Origin: Prorocentrum cordatum
Lineage: Eukaryota
DNA: 57,646 bases
NCBI GenBank assembly: GCA_963575745.1
Contig: CAUYUJ010000007.1
Coordinates: 62,001 to 119,646, forward strand
Direction: 5' to 3'
Both the position numbers and the translations under genes were made by a program. Shown here in pieces: positions 47,055-57,646 of this stretch (positions within the stretch are counted from its first letter, which is position 1; each line of letters starts with the position of its first letter). The notes below the pieces were generated by a model, which was given only the letters and a program-made list of their open reading frames with translations, was not told the DNA's origin and made no database searches.

Positions 47055-47620
47055 CCACAGATTCAGATTAGACCTCGCCATCCCTGTGGGGCTGCGATCT
47101 GCGAAACGACCACCACTTTCGACGGCCACTGGGGGGTCCACTTGAGTGACGTCTCACCGCAGATTCAGACTAGACATCACCACCCCTGGCGATCTGCGAA
47201 CTGCGAAACAGTAGTCACTTTCGAAGGCGGTTGAGGGGTCCAGCGGTGTGGCGCTTTACCGCAGATGCAGATTAGACCTCGCCATCCCTGGGGGGCTGCC
47301 AACTGCAAAACGGACGCCATGTTCGAGAGCTGCTGTGGGGAACGACGTCGTACCGCATATTCAGACTAGACCGCGCCATCCCTGTGGGGCTGCGAACCGC
47401 GAAACTGACGCCACTTCCGAGGGCTGCTGCGGGAGCCACTGGGATGACACCTCACCGCAAATTCTGAGTAGAGCTCGCCATCGCTGGGTAATTAGCTAAG
47501 AATTTGAACTTGTCGCCACTTTCGAGGGCTGCTGGGGGGCCCACCGGAGTGACGCCACGCCGCGGGTTCAGACTAGACCTCGCCATCGTTGGGGGGGCCG
47601 AGACCCGCGAAACTGTCCAC
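47055..47620. repeat. ~100-bp tandem repeat, ~6 diverged units
   Basis: CAGATTCAGACTAGACCTCGCCATCCCTG...GCGAAAC...CCACTTTCGAGGGC recurs at ~47058, 47160, 47262, 47355, 47457 and 47563. Confidence 0.85.
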
Positions 47621-47939
47621 TGTTCACCCCCTCTGCTGCCTCTCGTCTCCGTCCCCGTCCTCCTCGAGCCAGGGGCCTCACCCCTCGTCCTTCCACGGAT
47701 GCCCTCGGAGCCGTGCAGCGCGCATCGCGTGCAATGCATGGCGGTTCCCACAGTGCTCGGGGGCGTCCAAGAGGGGGGGGGCGTCCAAGAGGAGGGGGGG
47801 CGCAGATCGTGGCCGGCGGCGTGTGCGCGGAAGCGGCCCAGGGGGGGGGGCCCTGGAACGCATCGAATTACGAAGAGGCGCCATGAGATCTGGGGAGAGA
47901 TCGTGGCCCCCGCCACGCTGTCCACCCCCCCTAGTCTTA

Positions 47940-48092
47940 AGTTCGGCCTGTCCCTCTACAGGAGGAGCATTCCAAAACGGTAACAAAAAAAGTCTGGGGA
48001 CTACTTCTTCACTATTTTTGAGCATGTTGGGAGTATTCATGAGCTTTTGTACTTTCTCGCCCGAAGTCCCCCTGTAAGGGACAGGCCCGACT
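47940..48092. mobile_element. MITE family 1, copy D (opposite orientation)
   Basis: TA|AGTTCGGCCTGTCCCTCTACAGG ... CCTGTAAGGGACAGGCCCGACT|TA. Confidence 0.8.
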
Positions 48093-48648
48093 TAACCCTG
48101 GGCATCGCCCCCCTCTCGTGGCCGCCCCCGACGTGACGGCTCCCGCAGTGTCGTCGGCCATGCCGGCCTGGACCCGCTGCTCCTGCCCCCGAGGGCAAAG
48201 GGCGGGCGCGGGAACTGCGAGGGGCCGCGGCCTCGGGCCCCGGCCCGGTGCTCCCCGACCCCCCAGGAGTGCTCCGGGCCTCTGGGGGGCGCTCCCGGAG
48301 AGGTCGCGTCGGGCGAAAGGAGGGGATAGCAAAGGGAGGGGGGGAGAATCACCTCGCGCAGCTGATTTTCCCGGCGCCTCCCGGCGCCGGAGGCGGCCAT
48401 GTATCGAGGAATGGGCCCCTCGGTGAGGCCGAAACCAGCTGCATGCAGCAGATTTCGTAACCCCCCCTTTCCCAATCCCCCCCTTTCATCCGGCCCGAAG
48501 AGGTTCCTGGCCAGCAGCCTATAGACTCCCCGTGCGCGCGCCGGGCCCGCGGGAGAGTTCCCGGAGACGCCCAAGACAGGCCAAGCGGGCCCTGAAGATG
48601 GCCAAGAGACCCTCGAGAGGCCCCGAGGACGCCCAAGATGGCCCCAAG

Positions 48649-48811
48649 GGTCGGGCATGTCCTTCTACGGGCGGATCTTGGACGACAAAAAAGAAGTACT
48701 CAAAACATGTTCAAACAAATAGTTGCTTGGAAAATTTAAACAAAAAATCGTCGCCATACCGTTGTCTGACTATTATTGTATACTCCTCCTGTGAGAGGGA
48801 GATGCCGGACT
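48649..48811. mobile_element. MITE family 1, copy E
   Basis: GGTCGGGCATGTCCTTCTACGG ... CCTGTGAGAGGGAGATGCCGGACT. Confidence 0.7.
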
Positions 48812-49184
48812 GAATACTACGGTTTTCACTACAGATCGCGGCGACCTAGGGAACAACTGATTCCATTTGCGGAACTACTTTTTGGCCGGGCGCCCGGGAA
48901 CCTCTGGGAGATCCAGAGATCGATGCGAGGTTTGCGGGCGCCTTGGAAACTCCTTCTGGACTCTCCCCCAAGCCAAATCGCTCGAGAGAGGGAGACATTG
49001 CTTCTCCGCTACGCACACGGGGAGGAATGCATACAGCGGAGGTCAGTCCACACGAAACCTTCCACAAGAAACCCAACCCTGAGGCCCCAGGGCGCCCCTG
49101 GATGTTGGGCGTGGGAACGTCACGCTCTCCATCGCAAAGCCATCGAAACCCAAGAAGCCCAGAGCACCCTGGACGCAAGCATCA

Positions 49185-49338
49185 AGTCGGGCGTGTCCCC
49201 CTACAGGGGGATTTTCGACGAAACATAAAAACTACCCAAAAAATATTCCAAAATGGTCAAAAAATATTCAAAAAATAGTCCCCTGACTATGTTTTGACTG
49301 TTTGGGGATATTCCCCCTGTAGAGGGATAGGCCCGACT
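49185..49338. mobile_element. MITE family 1, copy F
   Basis: AGTCGGGCGTGTCCCCCTACAGGGGG ... CCCCCTGTAGAGGGATAGGCCCGACT. Confidence 0.8.
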
Positions 49339-51959
49339 GGAGGCAAGCAGGGTGTCTCTTGGCATGCGTCTCCGCTGCAGCCCGCCGTCCGCACCGCTTG
49401 CAGGCGGGGCGAGCTACCTCGCCCGATTTCACATATTTCCTATATTTCATGGGTTCCATATTTTCTGGGGAATCGACGATTCATTCTGTCTGTGATTCTT
49501 TCCCTCCTGATATGTAGTGAAGCTGGCACTCCGCCTCGCGTTCCAGCCATCAGCCCCTGGCTGCCTGACGACAGTCCGAAGAGGCGCCCGCACCCGAGAA
49601 AGAGAGTTCGGGAGAAAGAAGGAGGGGTGAGCAGATTTGTCTTGAAGACGGAGACTGGGACATCAAGAGAGGAACACTTGGGAAGATTACGAAACTAGGC
49701 AAAGGGCGAGACGTCGAGAAAAGCGGGAGGGCAAGACAGGGACAGTGTCGTAAAGTAGAAGCCGCCGAAGCCTGGAAGAACGCACAGGGAAATATCCATC
49801 TGCGGGCTCATGTGCTGCTGGATGAAGGCGTCCTCACTTCACTCTTGCCCAGATTCGCGCAGATGCACACGTGAACGCACATATCAACATGCATGCGCGC
49901 ACATGTTGGCGCGCGCACTTACTTCTTGACCCTGTCGCAATGCCTATTTCGCGCCAGGTTCTGACCCCAGGTCTCCGACGATATGATGTTCTTAGATTCT
50001 CTATGTTTTGCCTCGGGGGGAGGCGTGTTTTCGGATCCTGACTTCTAGCTGGTCCCGGAGACAGCTCGGGGGGGTGCAGGACCTGTTTCAACCAGGACAC
50101 CTTTCAATCATGCCACATGGACTGGCACCTCCAGCCGAGAAGCGCCTCGGGCATCAGAGAATAGAGCACGCTTCTCAGACGGACGACGATGTGTTTTTTC
50201 AGCACGCGGCCCCAGAGAGGTCTTGAGCCCTTCCCCTGGGGTGGTTTCTCCTCCCCGCGCCAGTTTTGATGGCCTGGGGCCCGAAATCGCCGGAAATCAA
50301 AAAACCCATGCCAAAATCCAATGTTAACCGAAACCGAGACCAACGAAAAACACCGGAATTGGAAAATCTCATCGTTGGAGATCTTGGGTTCCAGACCTCC
50401 GACGCCGTGATTTCTTCACAACGCAGCTCCCCATTGGACTAGGCGACTAGGCCCATTCCGAGGGGCCGGATTTCCATCCCGAGTAGATCATGACGGCCCC
50501 TGGGCCCTCAGTGGCTCCCTGAGGCCGAAAATTGCCAAGACCCTTCCATTGTGAGTTTTGTGGCCAGGAGGGGAGGTGTGGTTTTCGGGTCATACCTTCG
50601 GTGTCCAGCGGACGCTCGGGACGATCGGGGCACCCCTGGAGCGCCCTCGGCGAGGCGCACCTGCACGAGAGCATCCCGAGGCTGGGGAGCAGACGAAGAC
50701 GTCCGAAGGTCTTTCCGTCGCGATGTTTTAGCCACGAGGGGAAATCCGTTTTTGTTGGGGGGGGGACGGGAGAACGCGATCAAAGAATCTCCACCCATCG
50801 CTGCGACCACCACGGCGCGAAACAGAAGCTCTCTGGGCAAACTGGCGACGCCACCCGAACCGACCTGCAAAAATCACACTCGCGTAGCGAACCGTAGCCT
50901 CAGGGAGAAAGCAGCCGTGCTGCGGACAGGGCAAGTTCACATCGCGATGACGTGGGCGTTGGCTTCTGACACCGTGTGGATCGCTCAACCTCGAACATCC
51001 TCGAACGATCGCGGCTTCACGGCAGCACTGATCGCGCGACATCCTGCGACTCTGGGCCGCTGGCGGCGTCAACGCGGCGCGAACATATACCATAGAAAGC
51101 TGCACACGGTTGGCCTTACAGCGAAGGGTAGGGGGGAAACGAGGGGCAAGAGGATGGTGGGAATGGTGAGGAGGACGAGGAGAGGGAGGAGGAGGAGGAG
51201 GAGGGGGAGGCGGAGGAGGAGGAGGAGGAGAGGAGGAGGAGGAGGAGGAGGAGGAGAAGGAGAAGGGGGAGGAGGAGGAAGGAGGAGGAGGAGGAGGAGG
51301 GGAGGAGAAGGAGGAGCAGGAGGAGGAGCAGGAGGAGGAGGAGGAGGAGCAGGAGCCTCCTCCTCCAAGTCTGGCCTTACAAGGGGGGGAAAGACGGCCG
51401 GCCCGTCGGAGGAGCAGCCAGGGCAGCGCGGGCGAGGGCGGCGGCAACGCGGGCAGGCCGCAGCAGCGGCGCCCAAAGTTTTGCTCGCGATGCGGCCAGG
51501 GGGTCGCTGCGACGTGAGGAAGTGAATAAAAGGGGGGGCGGGGGAGGAGGAGGAGAAGCAGGAGGAGGAGCAGGAGGAGGAGGAGGAGGAAGGAGGAGGA
51601 GGAGGAGGAGGAGGAGGAGGAGGAGGGAGAAGGAGGAGGAAAGGAGGAGGAGGAAGGGGGGAGGGGAGGAGGAGGAGGAGGAGGAGGAGGAGGAGGAGGA
51701 GGAGGAGGAGGAGGAGGAGGAGGAGGAGGAGGAGGAGGGGAGGAGGGGGGGGAGGAAGAGTGAAGAGGAGGAAAAGGAGGAGGAGGAGGAGGAGGAGGAG
51801 GAGGAGGAGGAGGAGGAGGGGGGAGGAGGGAGGAGGAGAAGAAGGAGCAAAAGGGGGGGGAAGTGGGGAGAAAAAGAAGCTGGGGAGGGGCGAGGCCAGC
51901 GGTCGCGCGTCGCACGGATACCTAGCAAAGATACTCATTCTCGGTGCGTCGGCCATGTG

Positions 51960-52195
51960 CAAGACAGCGCCTGTCTACACCACAATGCTCACGTGCACCG
52001 CAACGCCTGTGCACACCACAGCGCCTGTTTACACTACAGCACCCGCGTGCAACGCAGCGCTGGTGTACACCAGAGTGCCTGCGTGCACAGAACAGGTAGA
52101 AGGAACATGTCAGTGAGGATCTGCTGCGGACAGCAAAACGCCACGCCAGGGAAGTGCTGAAAATAGAATGCGACGTTTTTTCCTCCTCCCTCCTG
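51960..52195 (+). repeat. Second copy of the 18-bp minisatellite module seen at 11490-11720
   Basis: Near-identical ACAGCGCCTGTCTACACCACAATGCTCACGTG...CAGGTAGAAGGA.CATGTC.GTGAGGATCTGCTGCGGACAGC...ATAGAATGCGACGT. Confidence 0.9.
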
Positions 52196-53294
52196 CACCA
52201 CGTACGGGCGGCGCGCACGCTCGGAAAACCTATAGCCCATAAATGATGTTCCGTGGCGGGCGCAAGGATACACCTCAAGATGTCGCGTCAGGGGGGTACG
52301 GCATAGAGGGAGATGTGCGCTGGGACGCATCAGAACATACTAGTACGATATGCCTCTGTTGAAAACACACATTTGACGTAAACTGATAGAACATAATCAT
52401 GTGATAGATCGTTGCGCCTGCCACAAAACAGGTATTGTAGGATTTGCGAATGTGCGCGTCGCCCTTGCGTGGCCGACGCTGACAAAAATACTAGCATGTT
52501 TGGGTGGTGCCGACGCGACGCGCGACCGCCCACTTCTTCGCGTCGCAGCGACCTTGGCCGCGCATCGCGGGAAAAGCGTTTTCCGCCGATCGCGGGAAAA
52601 ACGTTATCCGCCGATTGTCGTCCGATGTTGGCCAAATTTCGGGATGTTCTCTTGTAACTGCGCCTCGCCGACGGTGTCCCCGGGGTGCCCCGATCGTCCC
52701 GGACATCAACACCAGACCGGAATGACGACCCGACGAAGCTCCTCGGGGTGACGAAGCGGCGATCCAGGTTGTGAACCAATCACGTCGTGGGAGGTCTGGA
52801 CCGCGTGACGACAAGTGGGCCCCAGCGTGGGAAGTTCGCATCGAATCGCTGAATCAAATCCAACTGGAGTTCGAATATGATCGGATTGCACTGGCACGGA
52901 ATCGAAATCGAACCAGACTGGCGGAACCAAGATAAACAACTGACCCGCGCAAGCATCGGGCCACATCGGACCGCCCAACGCACAAAATCGAGTCGGATCG
53001 AGCTGGGCGAGATCTCTAACGAATCGCATCGATCGAATCAACACGGGACCGGTCTCGCCGGGGATGGCGCCCCACGAAACGCGAAAGAGATACTCGGACC
53101 AGCGCCCGGGGTTCGGGATCAATCGCAGCGCCATATGCCCCAGATGCCCAATGTGAAAGCCAATGCGGAGGGAACGCAATCACACGCACAGCACACAGAC
53201 ACTCTTGAAAACGTTCGCGCTTCGAATTGTGGAAATGCATAAGTGCACGCACGCCGAGAGAGAGGGGGCGCATGTCTATGCATGTATAGATACA

Positions 53295-53361
53295 TCTATA
53301 TATAAGCATATATATATATAACACTAGTACCACGCGCGCAACGCGGGCGCTTAGGCTCTAG
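53295..53361 (+). mobile_element. Putative 67-bp mini-Helitron
   Basis: A|TCTATATATAAG...CGCGCGC-AAC-GCGGGCG-CTTAGGCTCTAG|T: TC start, subterminal GC hairpin, CTAG end, between A and T, no TSD. Confidence 0.5.
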
Positions 53362-56300
53362 TTATAGGGTCGCCACGGTTGCCTTCGCTACCGCCGCCAC
53401 CCTCGCTACCGCTACCTCTGCCATGACCTCCCTGACTTCGACAACGATTACCAACGCTTCCATCGCCATGATCGGCGCGACGAACCTCGCGTGGTGGGTG
53501 AGATCAAACCTACCGCCGCTTCCAACGGCACGCGTACAGACACATGCAAAACCGCATGTACTGCTGGGGCGTCATCAGGACCAGTCCGCCGTGGCGCCTG
53601 CGTTGAGTGTCGGAAGCGTCTTGGATATTCGTTGAGGTTTCGTGGGTGGCATCCCTCCTTCTTTTCCTCCCTCCCCTCATCCTCCTCCTCCTCCTCATCC
53701 TCATCCTCCTCCTCCTCATCCTCCTCCTCCTCCTCCTCCTCTTCCTCCTCTTCCTTCTCTTCCTCCTTGTCATTGTCCTCCTCCTCTTCCTCATCCTCCT
53801 CGTCCTCCTCCTCCTCATCCATTCGTTTACCTCCTGCATAACTCCCCCCTGTCGCGCCCCGAGGCTGGTCGTGAGGCGGGCCGTGCGTTTCGCATGAGAC
53901 GCCCTCATCATTCATGATAATGAATCCTAAAATTTGCAACAGCTTCACGCATGGTGGGCGGGCGTTTTCATAATGTGGCTCTCGCCAAGCTCCGCGCACA
54001 TCCTTCAGAAAGGTTTGCAAAGATTTCCCGGATTGGAGGCAGGTCGTTCTCCAAATATGGCCGTCGTCTTGGGCACCGCGCACATCCGTCTCAAAAAATG
54101 GCGCTGGCATTTTTGAATGTGGCTATCGCCGTAGCGCCGCGCACATTCGTCTATGCAAATTGCACGAGCCTCACGGATGGAGGAAGACATCGTTTCATGT
54201 CGGACTGTCAGGACGCAACAGTCTCGTTGATTCGTGGCGTTGAATGAATCCGCAGAAGGTGCGTTCTGGCGCGATTCAGAATCGTCGACACGCACCAGCG
54301 ACGATGATTCGTGGAGTTGAAGCCCCAGGAATGGTGTCCTGGCACAGCTCAGGAGTTTCATCCGCTTGTTATCCGACGAAGTACTTCCCTCAGTGAAAAC
54401 TAATACTGCAAGGGCATTTGAATATGGTGTTGGAGGCGAGGTTGATTGCGACATCGATGATCATTCTTGGGTTTGCACTGGTCCTCTACTTCTCCCCCCT
54501 TTCCGCCTCCTCCTCCTCCTCTGCCATCCTCCTTCCTCCTCTCCCTCCTCTTCCTGCTCCGTTCGTCGCCTTTGAGGCTCACGCCTGGAGCCTGGCGCCC
54601 ATAGTTTTGGCCCAAGCCGGCGCAAGCGGATGGCACAGGCGACCAGCTGGGCAGGTGCGGCACCGCCCGCAGTCAGCCGACGGCTGCATGGAACATGGCA
54701 CTATGAGGACGGCTGTGGGAAAGCCTCTTCGCGGGGCATCTGGGACGCGCGCCTCGACCGACAAGCCCCATGCCAAGCTGAAGCTCCCGCACAGCTCGAT
54801 GGGTCCGCTTGCAAGCACCAGAAGTTGCTCGGCCATGCAGGCCCACTGCTGGGAGTCTACGCAGAGGTAGCGGACAGGATCCTCGCGTCCCTCCCCGCCT
54901 TGATCCAGCTGCGGGTCGTGGAGCGTTCTTAGTGCACGCGTGTCGGATTGGGAGCCTCCTGCCCCGTCCAGGTGCTCTTTTCGAGCCATCTGTACCCATT
55001 CGCGGCCTGGACTTCTTTCCTGCGGGCCTCTTGGACGCCTCTGGGTGCGTTTTGGTGGCGTTCTGAAAGCCTTTAGGGGACCTCTTGGGGCCTCCGGGGG
55101 GCCTCTTGGAGGCGGAAAGCTCGAATTGTCGGTTCGCGTTCGCCCTATTGGGCCACTCCTGGGATAGTCAAGGGGTCCTTCGAAAACGTCATGGGCGCCG
55201 CTTGGGCTGTCTTGGCGCACTCAGTGGCCGTCTAAGGGCCGTCTTGAGAGGCCTGTTGGCCGTCTTGAATGTGTTTCGGGTGCCAAACACTGCAGTGAGC
55301 GTCGTTTTCCCCAAGGTTGTACCGTGCCGACACAGCCTCGCAACGGGCCTCGTGACTTGCACGGCGCTGAAGTCAGCGGTGGGTATGGCGGCCAACGCGT
55401 GCCGAAGAGTGTCGTCCAACTCGATATTGCCCTGACTACTTCTGATGTACGCGTAACGGTGGCGGGCCGAGGCCTCGGGTTTACCTGCGGCCCCTCCGTG
55501 CAGAGTGCCATTGGTCAAAGACCGCCCACGAGAACTGCTGGATGAAGAGGGTGGTGAAGTCCGCGACGGCAGCCACCGCCTCTGTCTCGTGGATGTTGAC
55601 TTGGAGCCAGGAGATCCCCTGAGAAGGATCCAAGGCAACGACGGCCTAGTTTCGACTGCAACGAACCTCTGTTGCCCGATCTGGTGGACGGTGCTTACCC
55701 GTACGCTTGATGACGGGCATTGGCATTGAGAGGCCTGGATGGTCCGTTTTCTTTGGGCGAAAAGCCTCTCGCCTCCCAGACGGCAGTGGAGGGAGATAGT
55801 GCTCGCGACCGCGGTCCCCTTTGGGGAGCGCGCTTGCTGGGCGACGACGGGCACTGACCAGCGCGCCGGATCGAGGCTCAGCAGAGGGGAGTCGGTCCCC
55901 GTGGCGTTGGAGCTGCGGCCTGGTGCCTGTGCACCAGCCGAGCTTCCAGCGGTCCAGCGTCCAGCTGATACTGTGCTTGGCGCACAGCCGCTGGAGAGCG
56001 AGGCGAAGCTTGTCTAGCTTACGCTCGTTTTTGGTGTAGTCGTCGATGGGCCGGTCCTTGGTCCCATGGGCGAGGCCATCATAAGCTAATGCAGCACAAT
56101 TGGCGGCTCCCGCTTTTAGGGCAGCGATGCAAGCGTCTTTCCGCGTCAGGGCTGTCCCTGCACCGGTGACGCGTCGGCCCTTGGAGGGCGGGGCTGCCGA
56201 CGAAGAAGCACAGCGCAGGGGTGGGTCTGCCCATCGTTGCGGCTCGCGGCGGGAAGGATGGGAAGAATGCGTCGCTCAATAACGATCCTTAAACCGTATC

Positions 56301-56610
56301 CGGCCTCACCGGGAGGATCTTCAAAACAACAACAGGGGGTGGAGATCTCAGGGTAGCGCTCGGACCGCTGAGGGTCCTCGGGCCGAGGCTAGATACCCAT
56401 ATACATATCAAGAGAGAGATAGAGAAAGAGAGAGAGAGAGAATTCAAGAAAGAAACAACAATCAGAACCACAAACAAGAAAACAAACAACCAACAAATGA
56501 ACGAGATAGAGATATATTGATATTCAAAACAATAAATTGCGGTCGCGCCGGGTTATTTTTATTGAACCCGGCGCGACCCCAATAGGGGAAAGCTTCCTAT
56601 TTCATGGGCG

Positions 56611-56712
56611 CAATGCTTGGCATTGCTTGGCATTGCTTGGCATTACTTGGCATTGCTTACCATTGCTTGCCATTGCTTGCCATTGCTTGGCGTTGCTTGG
56701 CATTTCTTGGCA
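56611..56712. repeat. 10-bp tandem repeat CATTGCTTGG, ~10 copies
   Basis: Direct reading. Confidence 0.95.
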
Positions 56713-57489
56713 TAACCCAGGGAACCTCTGGGCAGCGGGCAAAATAGCCCAACGAGGCACCAACCTGTAACCAAATAAGAACTCCTTAGGCAAGCCAGAT
56801 TGGGAGAGAAAAAAGCAACTGTGAGGGAGTGGGAGCGAGAGAAGTGGGGAGGGCGAGGGGGGAGAGGGCAAGCTAGGTGCGCTCGGGTCATATCTGACAC
56901 CCTATCCCTCCCTCCCATCCCTTAATGGAGGCATATGATTAAAAAAAAAACATTTGAGGGCGGACGTTTAAAAAAATAGTTTCGCCGGCCTGGTTGGGCC
57001 CACATAAGGGGGGGAGGGGGCGCCGCCCACGGAGGGCCCCCCCAGGGCGAACAAATAAAGTTCTCTGGGGGACAATTATGGTTGCCCCCCGGGCCGTCTG
57101 GAGGGCCAGGGGGGGGGCGAGGGCAGGCAATTCGGAGCGGGGGGGGTCGGCCCTTCCCTCCTCCCTCCTCCTTCCGCTCCTCCTTCCTCCCTCCTCCCTC
57201 CGGCCTCCCTCCTCCCTCAATTCCTCCTCCCTCCTCCCTCCCTCCTGTCTCCTCCCTCCTCCCTCCTCCCTCCTCCCTCCTCCCTCCCTCCCTCCTCCCC
57301 CCCTCCCTCCTTCCTCCTCCCTCCTCCTCCCCCTCCCTCTCTGTATCCCTCCCTCCCTCCCTCCTCCCTCCCTCCCTCCTCCTCCTCCCTCCCTGTCTCC
57401 TCCCTCCCTCCTTCTTCCTCCCTCCTCCCTCCCTCCTTCTTCCTCCCTCCTCCCTCCTTCTTCCTCCCTTCTCTCCTCCCTCCCTCCCT

Positions 57490-57646
<157 letters not shown>

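Noticed and set aside
47055..47620. Regularly spaced ~25-bp conserved motif resembling CRISPR repeats
   Set aside because: The intervening sequences are homologous to one another, so this is a diverged ~100-bp tandem repeat.

Overview
This is repeat-dominated, GC-rich eukaryotic DNA with no recognisable intact host gene. Its style (GGA/CCT and GAT microsatellites, a 90-bp GC-rich minisatellite, copia elements with extra domains) suggests a dinoflagellate such as Prorocentrum; that is inference, not proof. The main feature is a complete, apparently young Ty1/copia LTR retrotransposon on the minus strand (34750-44526, 9777 bp). It has two 183-bp TG...CA LTRs differing at 2 positions, a CCAGG target-site duplication, an initiator-tRNA-type PBS and one uninterrupted 3000-aa Gag-PR-IN-RT-RH ORF. 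That polyprotein carries unusual cargo: a probably catalytically dead C5 cytosine-methyltransferase-like domain between protease and integrase, an internally duplicated unknown ~50-aa domain, an extra CxH...CxxC module bracketed by a 48-bp direct repeat, and an unknown IN-RT spacer domain. The element lacks a canonical polypurine tract. The rest of the window holds a decayed APE-type LINE (~15300-19014, minus), several Helentron/DINE-like non-autonomous elements carrying the 90-bp tandem repeat, Helitron-like 3' ends (one a 67-bp mini-element), three MITE families, dispersed repeats and long simple repeats. Nearly all other ORFs in the track are repeat-derived artefacts.
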